A DNA stretch of 64,000 nucleotides, taken from the NCBI RefSeq assembly GCF_009914755.1, contig NC_060929.1; one strand, 5' to 3'. Shown in pieces: positions 41,605 through 57,065 of the stretch (positions within the stretch are counted from its first letter, which is position 1; the number at the start of each line of letters is the position of its first letter). Origin of the DNA: the human T2T-CHM13v2.0 reference genome, Homo sapiens. A model generated the notes under the pieces. That model was not told where the DNA came from, did no database searches, and saw only the letters and a program-made list of their open reading frames with translations. The position numbers were made by a program, and so were the translations under genes.

Positions 41605-42980
41605 TTGGGATTGCTGGGTCAAATGGTAACTACTTTGAACTTTTTGAGGAAATGCTAGGCTGTTTTTCAATGTGGCTGTACCATTTTACATTCTCATCAG
41701 CAGTGTATTAGGGTCCTGATTCCTCCACAGTCTTGTCAACACTTGCTATTATCTGACCTTTTGTGTAGCCATCTTAATGAGTGTAAAGTAGTATCTCTGT
41801 GGTTTTGAATTGCATTTCTCTGATGGCTAATGAGCTCCAACATCTTTTTATGTGCTTGCTAGTTATTTATCAATCTTCTTGGTAGAACTGTCTACTCTGA
41901 AACTTTGCCCACTTATAATTGTGTTGTCTTTACTATTAAATTTTGAGTGCTCTTTGTATATTCTAGATTTGCATGTCTTCTCATGTAAATGATTTACAAA
42001 TAGTTTCTCCCATTCAGTGAGTTGTCTTTTTACTTTCTTGATAAGGCCCTTTGAAGCACAAAAGTGTTTAATTTAGATGAAAAGTCCAATTTGTCTATTT
42101 TTAAAATTTTTGTGCTTTTGGTGTCATATCTAAGAAAACATTGCCAAATCCCCAGTCATGAAGATTTATCTCTGTGTTTTAGTCTAAGAGATTTATAAGT
42201 TTTAACTCTTTTGCTTTTATTTTGATCCATTTGGAGTTAGCTTTTGTATATGGTGTGAGGTTGGAGTCCAAATTCATTCTTTTGGATGTGGTCCCAGCAC
42301 CATTTGTTGAAAAGATAATTATTTCTCCATTTAATGACCTTGGCACCCTGTTGAAAATCAATTGACCATAGGTAGATGCATTTATTTCTAGACTCTCAAT
42401 TATATTCCATTGATCTGTATGTCTATCTTTATGCCAGTACCACAATGTCTTTATTACAATTGCTTTGTAGTAAATTTTGAAAATGGAAAGTGTGAGGCTT
42501 CCAACTGTGTTCTTCTTTTTCAAAATTGTTTTAGTATTCTGGGTTTCTTGAGTTCCCACATGAATTTTAAAATTGGCTTGTCAATTTCTGCAAAGAAGCC
42601 AGCTAGGATTCTGATATAGATTGCAATGAATCTCTAGATCAACTTGGGGTATATTGCCCTCTTAGAAATATTATGTCTTCTGATCTGTGAACCTGAGATG
42701 TCTTTCTGCTATTTTTTAGATATTCTTTCATTTTATTCAACAATATTTTGTTCTTTTCAGAGTATAAGTTTTGCAGTTCTTTTGTTAAATTTACTTGTAA
42801 ATATTTTACTATTTTTGATGCAAATGCAAATGTAATTTTCTTAATTTTTTTGATTGTTTATTACAAGTGTACAGAAATGCAATTGATTTTTATATATAGG
42901 TCTTGTATCTTGCAACCTTGCTGAACTTGCCTCTTCGTTCTAATTGTTTTTTAGTGGATTCCTTAGGATTTTCTTTATAC
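41605..42980 (-). mobile_element. Old L1M (L1MA/MB-like) ORF2 3' fragment
   Basis: GGGATTGCTGGGTCAAATGG, CCATTTTACATTCTCATCAGCAGTG; minus ORF 42179-42559 reads YYKAIVIKTLWYWHKDRHTDQWN (L1 ORF2 C-terminal region). Confidence 0.88.
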
Positions 42981-43986
42981 ACTCTCTTTCATTTTATAAT
43001 CTTACTTTACATAAGTAGAACTGTCTTGACATAAACTCCTTGAAGCATGTGACAGTCATTTGCTTTAAGGTTTTCATGTCAGGGTCTCCTGGAGTTCTGA
43101 ATCAAAAGAGCTTCTTTGGAAATACAGTCACCATTTACCTCCCAGCTGTGAAAAGCCAAAAAAACCCAAACTAGGCTGATACTCCTGTGTTGACCTGAGG
43201 TCATTCTGTGCCTGTCAAACCAAATAACACATTCAATCTTTTGTATATTTTGAAGACTCAGAAACCCAGAAATTTTTAGAACCTCTTTCTCACTCTAATT
43301 AAAACCTACTGCTCTGTCAATGGGAAAGAATGAGTCCAAACATTCTGAAAACCGTACAAATGTGTTTACATTTTAGTGGGGGCTTCCTGCATCTTTAACC
43401 TCTTTAAATTGACATAGGTAAGATCTTGTGTAATAACACATTTGCAAATATGCAGATGCATTTTCAAATGAATATAATCTGATTTAGAGAATATTAACTG
43501 ACTATCATAGTAGACTATGGATAATACTCTAATAATTAATTACAGGTTAACATTTTTAAAACTCAAAGCATATGCTTTAAGTTTATGCTTTAAGCCACGT
43601 TATGTTCTACTTCAGCCTAATACAAGGGAGAAATTTGGAGGGGGCCCTCCTAGCTTTCTAGTCTCATTATTCCCAAATTAGAAACATTACCAGCCTAACA
43701 CTAACTCTGGGGTCTAAAATGAAGTTATTTTGGCAGCCCTAGAGTTTTCTTGTCATTGATAACTGAAGATTGGCCTTTGTGCAGGTTAAATAATCAAATC
43801 TTAGAGGAAATTGACATGCTTTTAAATTATCTACAAATATTAGCCCTTAAAAGATTATATAGCAGTATATATTATGTTAACCAATCCATGTGCAGCTGAT
43901 GGACTTTGTGATTCAGTGGATAATAAGCATTAGTTTTTCCTGCTTTGATCTTATGTATATCCATACAGAAAAACAAAAAAACGATG

Positions 43987-44012
43987 GAGAGAGAGATAGA
44001 GAGAGAGAGAGA
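43987..44012. repeat. (GA)n microsatellite
   Basis: Directly visible. Confidence 0.85.
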
Positions 44013-45155
44013 AAAGAAAAAGAAAGTGTTGAAAAAGCTTAAAAGTCCAACATTTCAAAGCTAATCATTTTGTTGAATTGTTGCTATCACCTTGATACTT
44101 GATATATTCTGTTAGTGATTTTATCGTATGGGTATTTAGAAGCTCATTTCATGTAACTACTTCCAGCTTACTCATCCCATTTACTTTTGCATACATTTAT
44201 TACTTATACACCATTTTGACCCAGATAGCAAGGTAATGTGAAAACATTTACAAATGTTGAACTTTTGTAGTAAAATAACAACAACAACAAGAACAAAAAA
44301 CCAAAAGAGCAGGGAGTGCTGCTCCCAAATGGACAAAGGAAATTATGAATTAGTTTATAAGAACTGATTTTCAGACCAAACAGTGCAGTATAGTAGAGCT
44401 ATAAGCACTAATGAACAGAAGAAACATAATCATGTATCACATCACCCAGCAAATATACTCTGCTACAAAACTGGTAAGATCTCAGCTTTGACTGCCACAG
44501 AGAGCAGCCCATCTGCTGCAGTCAGGAAAGAATTGTGTAATTATCTGTGATTAAGTCCTCCTTTCACCTTGGTGATTGCAAGAATTGTCAGTGGGGGAGA
44601 AATATCCTATCCTAGTTTTACTCTAGACTCAGGCTCTTTAATCATATTGTTGAGTGACTCCTGAGTATAAACTCTAGCTTTTGAACACTTTGGGTCATTT
44701 TTAATGTTTTGATTTGTTTTCATCATTGCTTGCCATTTCAGTATGTGTCATGTTTGAGTCTGCCAAGAAGCAGCTTTTCCACTTAGCAAACAGAATTGTG
44801 AAAAAAATATACATGGTCCACTTTCTAGGGAGTCTTGTAGCAGCTAGTGATCAAATTAGAGTATTTTTTCCCTTAATTTCTGATGTTAATTCCCACAATA
44901 AATTTAGTTTGTGGAATGTCATTAAAGTCTTACAACATGTCTCCCGTTTCTTCTAGAGCATCCCTGGAAAGTTGAAGTAACAGGAATATGTCAAAGCTAT
45001 AAGTATTTAATTTGAAATTTTGGAAAACTATGGCTTAAGATACTGCATATGTTTTCCATATGAATATGCAAATTATCCTATTCATGAAAGGCTCTGTTGT
45101 ATATCATATTTTACATGTACACTAATCTGAATGTATATGTATATACCTTGATGAA

Positions 45156-45452
<297 letters not shown>

Positions 45453-45551
45453 TGATGAATTCTTATTATAACAATTTAACTTACTGTAAACCTGACATCT
45501 TAAGTAATGCATCACTTTGTTTATATAAAATATATTTGGTATATTTCCTGA

Positions 45552-47835
45552 TGTATTAGTCCATTTTCATGCTGCTGATAAAGACATACCCAAGACTGGG
45601 AAGAAAAAGAGGTTTAATTGGACTTACAGTTCCACGTGGCTGGGGAGGCCTCAGAATCGTGGCGGGAGGTGAAGGGGACTACTTAGATGGTGGCAGCAAG
45701 AAAAAATGAGGAAGAAGCAAAAGCAGAAACCCCTGATAAACCCATTAGATCTCATGAGACTTATTAACTATTATGAGAATAGCATGGGGAAGACCAACCC
45801 CCATGATTCCATTACCTCCCCCTGGGTCCCTCCCACAACACATGGGAATTCTGCGAGATACAGTTCAAGTTGAGATTTGGGTGGGGACACAGCCAAACCA
45901 TATTGTTCTGCCCCTGGCCCCTCCAAATCTCATGTCCTCACATTTCAAAACCAATCATGCCTTCCCAACAGTTCCCCAAAGTCTTAACTCATTTCAGCAT
46001 TAACCCAAAAGTCCACAGTCCAAAGTCTCATTTGAGACAAGGCAAGTCCCTTCCGCCTAGGAGCCTGTAAAAATCAAAAGCAAACTAGTTACTTCCTAGA
46101 TACAATGGGGATACAGGTATTGGGTAAATACACCCATTCCAAATGGGAGAATTTGGCCAAAAACAAAGGGGTTACAGGGCCCATGCAAGTCCAAAATCCA
46201 GTGGAGCAGCCACATTTTAAAGCTCCAAAATGATCTCCTTTGACTGCAGGTCTCACACCCAGGTCACGCTGATGCAAGAGGTAGGTTCTTATGGTCTCGG
46301 GCAGCTCAGCCCCTGTGGCTTTGCAGGGTACAGCCTCCCTCCTGCCTGCTTTCATGGGCTAGTATTGAGTGTCTGCAGCTTTCCCGGGCACACAGTGCAA
46401 GCTGTCAGTGGATCTACCATTCTGGGTTCTGGAAGATGGTGGCCCTCTTTTCACAGCTCCAGTAGGGAGTGCCCCTGTAGGGACTCTGTCTGGGGGCTCC
46501 AACCCCACATTTCCCTTCTGCACTGCCCTAGCAGAGGTTCTCCATGAGGGCCCCACCCCTACAGCAAACTTCTGCCTGGGCAGCTAGGCATTTCCATACA
46601 TCTTATGAAATCTAGGCAGAGGTTCCCCAACCTCAGTTCTTGACTTCTGTGCACCCACAGGCTCAACACCACATGGAAGCTGCCAAGGTTTGGGGCTTCC
46701 ACCCTCTGAAGCCACAGCCCAAGCTGTACACTGGCCCCACTCAGCCACGGTTTGAGTGGCTGGGGCACAGGGTACCAATTCCCCAAGCTGCATACAGCAC
46801 GGGGACCCTGGGCCTGGCCCATGAAACCACTTTTTCCTCCTGGGCCTCCAGGCCTATGATGGGAGTGGCTGCTGTGAAGGTCTCTGACATGGCCTGAAGA
46901 CATTTTATCCACGGTCTTGGGGATTAACGTTAGGCTCCTTGCTACTTATGCAAATTTCTGCAGCCGGCTTGAATTCCCCCGCAGAAAATGGGTTTTCCTT
47001 TTCTACTGCATAGTCAGGCTGCAATTTTTCAAAACTTTTTTGCTCTGCTTCCCTTATAAAACTGAATGCCTTTAACAGAACCCAAGTCACCTCTTGAATG
47101 CTTTGGTGCTTAGAAATTTCTTCCACCACATACTGTAAATCATCTTTCTCAAGTTCAAAGTTCCACAAATCTCTAGGGCAGGGGCAAAATGCCACCAGTC
47201 TCTTTGCTAAAACATAACAAGAGTCACCTTTCTTCCAGTCCCCAAGTCCTTCATCTCCATCTGAGACCAACCCAGCCTGGACCTTATTGTCAATATCATC
47301 AGCATTTTGGGCAAAGCCATTCAACAAGCCTCTAGGAAGTTCCAAACTTTCCCACATTTTCCTCTCTTCTTCTGAGCCCTCCAAACTCTTCTAACCCCTG
47401 CCTGTTACCCAGTTCCAACATTGCTTCCACATTTTCGGGTATCTTTTCAGCAACACCCCACTGTACTGGTACCAATTTACTGTATTAGTTTATTTTCACA
47501 CTGCTGATAAAGGCATACCCGAGACTGAGAAGAAAAAGAGGTTTAATTGGACTTATATTTCCACATGGTTGGGGAGGCCTCAGAATCTTGGCGAGAGGTG
47601 AAAGGCACTTCTTACATGGCAGCGGCAAGAGAAAATGAGGAAGAAGCAAAAGCAGAAAGCCCCTGATAAACCCATGAGATCTTTTGAGACTTATTAACTA
47701 TCATGAGAATAGCACGGGGAAGACTGGCCCCCATTATTCAAGTACCTTCCCGTGGGTCCCTTCCACAACACATGGGAATTTTGGGAGATACAATTCAAGC
47801 TGAGATTTGGGTGGGGACACAGCCAAATCATATCA
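45552..47835 (-). mobile_element. Full-length THE1 (THE1C-like) MaLR retroelement: LTR 45552-45905, internal 45906-47480, LTR 47481-47835
   Basis: Two ~355-bp direct repeats TGTATTAGT...GTGGGGACACAGCCAAA(C/T)CATAT, with a ~1.6-kb THE1-int between them. 5-bp TSD CCTGA/CTTGA. Confidence 0.95.
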
Positions 47836-49639
47836 CTTGACATTTTATTTACTGTTTTCAATTAGAGAAAAATAAAACATTTTCTCATGGATAGGTAACA
47901 TTTAGAAACATGTTCCAAATCTGTGCTCTAATTACAACTTTGATAATTGTCCTATCAATTTAGCTGCTTTGATGAGGCTACTCCTGGAACTTATTAACAG
48001 GCTTCTTGTCAAACTACAAAAAAGATGCTTGTTTTCCAGGAAAGCAACTATCCGTTAAATCTAAGAATACATTAAATTGTTCAGGTACAAGTATCCAGGA
48101 GCAGAGATAGAACACAACTTTGTTCTATGCTACTAAAATAGTCATTTTCTCTCACTGAAGGCTGTGCATTCCCTGTCTAACTCTAAAGGTTGTACTGTGA
48201 TTAAAAACTCAGAAAGAACTTTTATTATTCACATCAGAGATAAAAAGGTGGCTTTATGATACCCTCTGGGTAGGAGCTTACACAGTTGGGCCAATTAAAT
48301 CATGTTGAGAGAGAGCAACTAAGCAAACGTGCCTATTTGATTTGCTTGATTTCCCATGTTTGCTGTGATCAGTGGCTTTCTCTTTTGTCTGTTCCTTGGA
48401 TTCCTGATTTGGCTTTGCCTCTAGGCATTAGATGTTATCTTTGGAGGCATCCTTCTATGAGCATTCATTTTTGGACCAAGCCTGGATTTACAATTCTATT
48501 ACTGGCCCAGACTTCATTTCTATCCAATTTCATTCCACTGTGCTATAGTTTACAACATATAATTTGACTTATAAATAATTCCTGACTATGGGTTTAAAGA
48601 CTGAAAATGGATCAATAGAAACTTTGAAAATGTTAACATCTTGATTGCTTTTCTCAGTGTAGAAATGGACAATGTTTAGCTTAAAAACTGCATGTTTTTA
48701 ATGAGATACGGGGTTGAAAGACTTATTCCTGGAATTTATTGTTCTGGAGAAAGCCTGTTGCTATCTGCCATACCTTGGTTTACTTTGTGCAAAATGAGCT
48801 TCTTTTTAAGTAATGAGCTCTTTCCATGTTCAGCTTAAATTGCTGTCTTAGACACTTCATCAGGGTTCCCTGCTCTGCCTCATTCCCCTTTTTGCTCACT
48901 TGCAGCCTTTGACATAATCCTGGGAGGCAATTGGCATCATACATATTTTGCTTTGTAATCTCCTGCTTTGATTCTGACTGGGTACCCAGTCTGCTCACTT
49001 TGCTTCTATCTTAAACAGGTTGACACATACCAGAAACTTAGTACTAAGTTATGTGTGTTGTAAGTTAATTGAGAGTCCTCTTCTTGATTAAAATATAGGT
49101 CTTTAGAACAGTGTTTTCCAAAATATTCCACAAAACAAATTTATGTACAGATGTCCCTGCCTTAATAATAGAGGGTTGATACATGGAAAGGACAGAAGTT
49201 TGGACATTTAACTTATCACGTTTGGTATAGATTGGGTGTTAGTTATAAGAGATTAAAGACATACTCAATTCTATAGTGTAAATGCTTCACTATATCATTA
49301 GGTTTTTGAGGTGAGCAAGGAAATGTTCACACTAAACAATTATGATTTAGGAAGGCTTAAATAGTTATTTTTTAGAACAGAATTTAAGTCACTTTTTTCC
49401 TTTTCTCATTATTCTGAAATAAAGTAATTATTGCTGAATAAAATAACTGACTGCACGTTATCTTAACAGATTAATTCTTTTAATCCTCACCTTAAAGTAA
49501 ACTCAATTGATTCTGGTTAAATCTTCCTTTTTTTCATCTGAATTACAAGAAACCCAATGGTAATGTTTCTTGCAATATGTTTTATAAAAATTTTATTTGG
49601 AAAGTTTGAAAAATTTCTACACATAATTGAAAAGGATAA

Positions 49640-49796
49640 GTTGGGCACAGTGGTGCCTGCGTGTAGTCCCAGCTACTCAGGAAGCTGAGGCAAGGAGGAT
49701 TGCTGGAGGCAAGGAAGTTGAGGACAGAGTGTGCTATGATCATGCCTGTGAATAGCCACTGCACTCCTGCCTGGACAATTTAGCAAGACTCTATCT
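49640..49796 (+). mobile_element. FAM (fossil Alu monomer)
   Basis: Monomer retaining the 7SL-derived GCTATGATCATGCCTGTGAATAGCCACTGCACTCC segment, absent from dimeric Alus. Confidence 0.85.
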
Positions 49797-49801
49797 TTTT
49801 T

Positions 49802-49899
49802 GAAAAGAAAGAAAGAAAGAAAGAGAAAGAAAGAAAAGAAAGAAAGAAAGAAAGAGAAAGAAAGAAGGAAGGAAGGAAGGAAAGAAAGAAAGAAAGAAA
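49802..49899. repeat. (GAAA)n/(GGAA)n purine microsatellite from the FAM tail
   Basis: Directly visible. Confidence 0.95.
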
Positions 49900-51630
49900 T
49901 GGCATTAGGGATAACAGAATTTAATCAAAGTAGTAAAATGATCATTCTATGGGTATCAAACAAATAAATGAATATCGTATACTTCAAACAAGTGAGTTAA
50001 ATAATTGATAGTCTGATATAAAGTCAGATTTAACAAGAGTTTCTACATGAAAAGTTCTATAAGTAGGTCTGAACTGATTAACTACTACTAAGAGAATTCT
50101 CTTTGTAACAGGCCAGCACCTACTGAAGCCTTTCTTTCTTTTAATACTGCAAACATGTTTGCTGTTTAAAATAGGGAAACCAGCTACCCATGAAATCATG
50201 CTGCCATTTTTTCCTCATTAGCCCTTTGGTCTGGTCTTCCTTGGAGAAGTTGATGTTCCTCAATAGATAGACTAACAGTGCAGTTGGAGAAGCAGAGTTT
50301 TACTCAATTAATTATATTTCTTTGCCCTTCCGTGGTTGGCTGATAACACTTGTTACTTAAGAGGAATGGTAGTTTCGCCTTAAGGTAGGAGTATCTCAGG
50401 AAATGCAGGAAACTAAGGCAACACAACTAATATTCCAGCTGTAATAACAAGTCCAAGGGTTCTACCTCTCAGGGAAAACTGTTGGCACGCTGCCTTCTTT
50501 ACACTTGCAGCCCTTTCAGGCCTCAGGCAAGTGTTATTCTGAGGTGAAGGAGGCTGTTCAGGATGACGTAATTTCTCTGTCTGCCTTTCTCCATGTTGCT
50601 TTGAGCCAAGTCTATTGTGAGATAAAATGCCTGTTTCAGGCAGCAGCCATCTCTCCAAAGCTTTGTAGCAGAGTTAGCTTTATTTAATGTGCTGTTGGGA
50701 AGGATAGGGGGAAAAAAGAGACCTAGCTTCTTAATAAGAACTTGAAGTGCCATTCATTTAACAAATCTTATTGAATACATACTATGTAACTGGCCCTGTG
50801 ACCCTTATGCTTTTAAAATTTATTAGGAAGGGAGACGTTGTGAGAGCCGGGAGGGGAACTTTTTCTTAGAGTGTATTGTTGTATTTGAGATTACTGTCTT
50901 TTGCCAGACTAGATAATTAAGAATAAAAAGCTATGTACACCTCTACCACTTCTTTCAGTCAGGTGAAAGTAATTTCTCTCTCCCTTCTTCAAATAGCTCT
51001 CATTGAAATTTGGCCTACTTTCCTCAATAGCAATTTTAGATATATAGTGAGAAAAGCCGATATGTGTGCTTTGGCCATTTTCCCCATGACTAATTTTTCT
51101 TGTTTTATAGTGCTATCACCCACTCAGAGAAAGTAATAGCACTATTCATTTTAAACAATTGCTTGATACATCTGGATTTAGTCAGGTGAAGATCCAAATC
51201 ATGACAGCTCTTTGGATCCCAGTTGTCTAATATATCATAGAATCAGAGATCAGCTTCAGTGAGATGGAAACAGTACTCTCAGCTACAATAGTGGGCTATC
51301 AACATTTTAACTTTCTGTTTCAGTTTTCATTTCTCCTCCTGACTGTGATATTGGCTTAGGTATTCTATAATTCTGCTTCTGTCTTTGGTTACTTTTGCTC
51401 ACATGTGAAAAACATAATTTAATTTGTGTGGAATTTATTTCAGCAAACTGTTATGTTAGTTAGCTAAGTAAAATTCCAACTTAACAAACTCTGAAGTTTC
51501 CAGAATCTTTCATTGTAACATGTTAAATGATAATGAATATACCCTCTGCTAATTAGACTTGGTAATAAACAAAGCAACTGTCCAGCCTTTTCTTGTTAAT
51601 CAATCAGCAAATTAAAAAACCTCTTTAACC

Positions 51631-51879
<249 letters not shown>

Positions 51880-51892
51880 GGGGCCCGAGTGA

Positions 51893-52186
<294 letters not shown>

Positions 52187-52873
52187 TAGGCCTTCCCTAC
52201 ACACTGGGCCTGGTGCTCCTGTGCAGGCCGCGACCTTCGTAACCATCATGGCAGCCCTGTGCCTGATACGGGAAGGCAGGAAGTAGAATTCTGTACCACT
52301 TCTGAGCCCTTCCCATCTTCACATTTCTGGAGGTTTTCTTATTTTTTTTTTTTTTTATTTAATGGCGTTAATCCACTTTGTCGGTAGTTATAAATGAGAA
52401 GGAAGGCCAGAGAATTACTATTTGATTTTAGGATAAACAAAGTGGAATAACCGTGGTGGCAGTTCAATGCAAGGTTTCCCTTCCAATATGCAATGTTAGG
52501 AAGCACATAGCAGACTTTTTCCTTAAAAAAACAAAAACCTGGATAGTAATCTAAAGAATCACTCAGAAGGATTTGTTCATTTTAAAGAATGTATTATAAA
52601 ATGTTATTAAATGACTGATTCTATGGCCAATGTACACACACACATACACGTATAGAATAAAACTTCTCGGGTATGTGTTATTTATGATTATGTATTCATA
52701 ATTATAACGAAGCTAAGTCACCATTATCTTTTCTGCTTTAAAGTATCAGAAGCTGCTACCTTGCCATGAAAAAGTATTACATGCTCCTCCAATTCCTTCC
52801 CCACCATATTTATCCAACAGGAAAGGAATGAATAATAAAACTTTGGGCTTTTTTTCCCTTCTTTTTTTTCCAG

Positions 52874-53167
52874 GTGATGTGTTCCACCTCACTGTCCCCA
52901 GTAAATTCACCTTCGAGGAGGCTGCAAAAGAGTGTGAAAACCAGGATGCCAGGCTGGCAACAGTGGGGGAACTCCAGGCGGCATGGAGGAACGGCTTTGA
53001 CCAGTGCGATTACGGGTGGCTGTCGGATGCCAGCGTGCGCCACCCTGTGACTGTGGCCAGGGCCCAGTGTGGAGGTGGTCTACTTGGGGTGAGAACCCTG
53101 TATCGTTTTGAGAACCAGACAGGCTTCCCTCCCCCTGATAGCAGATTTGATGCCTACTGCTTTAAAC
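52874..53167 (+). CDS. VCAN: VCAN exon 6 (link module 2)
   Basis: TTCCAG|GT; [20 protein letters not shown]...[14 protein letters not shown]...FDAYCFK; C|GTAAG; 294 bp. Confidence 0.98.
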
Positions 53168-55223
53168 GTAAGTGTTTGATACCTTTTTAAAAATTACAGT
53201 TTTAAAAAAAATGCTTCGAAGCATGCATTGATGTTCAACTAGCCGTTGGAGTGGATTCCATGTCTTGCAGTGTGTGCACGGAATGGAAACAGTTCAGTGA
53301 TTTTCAAAAGCAAGCAAACTGAACAGCAGTGATATGGTTAAAACCACAGGAATTTTGGCAAATGGATTTTTAGAGGGGTGAGGAAATATCAGGTTAAGCT
53401 GTAACTGTGCTCTGTTGTGTCCAGAGCCACAGAGCATTTTTCTAAGTATTTTATATTAATTGCAGTCCTTAAGTTTTGCAATTTGTTTATTGGTGTTACA
53501 ATGCCAAGGCCAACTGAGGCTGAGTTAAATCCTTAAGATTGTTGATTTTGTCTTCGGTATCACTCTGTTTCTTTGAGATGGCAAAGAATTTAAATTTCAG
53601 TAATTACAGGTGAGTATTTGAAGCTGACATGGATACTCAAAATGTTCAAGTCATAACTAAAAATGAACCATACTATCAATAAAAATCTCCATTTATGTCA
53701 AGTAATGGAAATACATGCCTTCTAATCATTAATTCTGTAGTATCATATTGACGTACAATATGTGTTCTTTGCAACCTATAACAGAGTATCTTTAGTTAGG
53801 TTTACTAATTAACATTTTTTTTTAAATAACATTTCTCAACATTCATGATATAATTATTTTAATTTTCCAGATGTCCTCAAGTAATTTTAGCAGTAGTAGT
53901 CACATGATATAGTATCATAGTTGTAGAATGCAAATTAAACAAGCAAGTAATCTAGCATCTCATTGGAATATTTACTGAACCATCTATACTATGCTAGCTA
54001 AACAAAGATCTCCCAGAATTTTGGTGACCTTGGGTAATATCCAAGACAGAGTTAGGTTATGTTGAAACAAATTTGTAAACAACTTTGACTAAATTTCCAA
54101 TGTATCTTGTTATAGCAATATGTCTCTAAAACGAGTACAAAATGTACTAGCTTATTATATAATTGATTTCTAGAGTGAAATACACAGGCATTTTTAAGCA
54201 ACCAAAAATACACAGACTGTGATGTTCTAGGTAGTCAGTAGAATGGATGTTAATGCAACCAAAAGGTTTGTTTTCACACTTTTATCTCCTAGCTAAGAAG
54301 CCTCTGCTCTGATCTCCTCCCTTAGACTCAACTTTCTGAGTGTTAAAGCCATGTGTTCTGTATTAGCTTGCCACAAGCTGGTCGCTCCATAAAGACTGTA
54401 GAAAATGCTGGCTTTTGTTCTCAGGCCCTGAAACAACAGAATTCTTCCTTAATCATTTTCAGGAAAACAACAATAGCATAAACCTTATCTCTAAAAGTAG
54501 ACAGATGTACATTCCTTTAAGCTACATTGTCACAACAATGATTTTTCAAGTACTTCAGGCTCTAAAATCAGTTTTACATTACGTGACTGATATAATTAAG
54601 GAGCAAAATCAGATTGGTATGCTGTGGGGAAGGCATTGGAGAGGTTAAATTAGGGAACGAATAGAATTATCCAGCCTGACTTCCTTATTTGATATTTTCT
54701 TGTGCTTTATTAATAAAACTGGCACTGGAAAACTTTTAAACAACATTTTTCGTCTCTCTGTGGGTAAAATTTAAATCAAAGCCTGTCTGTAGCCACAAAG
54801 ACTATTATTAAAGAATTCATCCTGATGTGTTTTAAATTATTTATTTAATTGAAAAATACACATGAAATAACAAGGTACTTATGTTTAAATAGAGTAACCA
54901 AAATCTGCACAAAATTCAAAAAATGTTTAAAAGTTTATATTCATTTTTATCTCTCTAATTCATTTACATGTATGTAACTTGTAAATATAATGGACTCATT
55001 ATTTTGCTTTCCTTCCCACCTAAGCATGTGGCTAGATTCTTATTTATTTCCTACTTAAGACGTTATTATATTCAGAATTCATTTAGTGCGTAGAAGGTTA
55101 AAAGCATTTAGCCATATAGAAGCCTTTCTTAAACCACACATAATGCCAATAGTTTTCCAAAATTTCTAATTTATTTTTCAAAAAATTTTTTAGTGTATAT
55201 GTGTGTGTGTGTGTGTGTGTGTA

Positions 55224-55542
<319 letters not shown>

Positions 55543-56721
55543 TAAAGAATTTGAAAAATATTTTCAAAATGACTTAATTGATGTCCACCTTTCCCACATA
55601 GTCAAGTAGTGACTAAATTCTGTAGGGTAAAATTCATAAGAGTCATGGCCTCAGCTACAGTTCCAAAGTGATTTCAGAGATATACAGCTGGCTGGTTATG
55701 TAGAGGAATTTAGAAATATAACCATATTTTTCTTGTTTGCTTCTACCAAACGTAGAAAGTGTTTTTTAAGTCACTTGGTGAATAAACAATGCCAAATCGT
55801 ACCTTGCTTTAATTCCCTTTGCCTCACAAAGTCACTGACTAAAACATTCACAAAGACAGATAAAAGACATAAAATTAGGCTTTATTCTTTTCAAATAAAT
55901 TTGAAAAGTAAGCAAAGTAATGTCTTTGTAAGATAAAGTTTTCCTGTATATCTTCTCTTAATGATTAAACAATTTTGCATATTTAGTTTTTTACTTCAGA
56001 ATTTAGCAAGTTCTGTGAAAGTTGGAGAGTTATACAAGGCTTTGAAAGATCATTTCATACATCCCCAAACTTAAGTGAATCAAAACCATTCAAAACTCAT
56101 GATAATCTCTCACAGAATGTGATTAATTATCTCCAGGAGAGGGAGATGGAACATGTTTCCTAGAAAACTCATTCTAATATTCCATGACCTTCACTCTCAG
56201 ATAATTTTTCTAATTAAGTACTTTGCATTTGAATTTGAACCCATGTTTTCATTTTTGAGTTGGAGACCAAAATCTGAATAACAGCCATTTCTATTGTTGA
56301 TCACAATTGTTTATTTATCCCTCAGCATCTTCTCCAACTGAAACAGTTTTCTTGTTTTACAGTTTCAATCTCCAAATTTCTAATTATTGATATGTTCTTG
56401 CTTTGAAGTTTCATCATTGTTTAGCACATTCCTCTATTTATGCTTAAGTTTAGAAATCAAGATGGTGGTCCAGAGAAGGCTAAATTAATTCCCACCACTT
56501 TCTATCCTATCTTATATACTCATTCACTGTTAAAATTTGCCTGCCCTTCTAACCTTTGGTTAGTTCATTATCTTTTTTGTGTGTGCCCTAGTTCATAATC
56601 TGACCACATGTGCCAAAACTAACCTTTCCCCGATTGGTATATTACAAATGTTTCCTGTTTATTGAATTTGAATTTGTTAGCATTCCATCACTCATATAAC
56701 TTTAAAAAGATAGTTTGAATT

Positions 56722-57065
<344 letters not shown>

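Noticed and set aside
46089-47384. ORFs within THE1 internal region (e.g. 159 aa at 46905-47384)
   Set aside because: Fragments of the decayed MaLR internal ORF, not a host gene.
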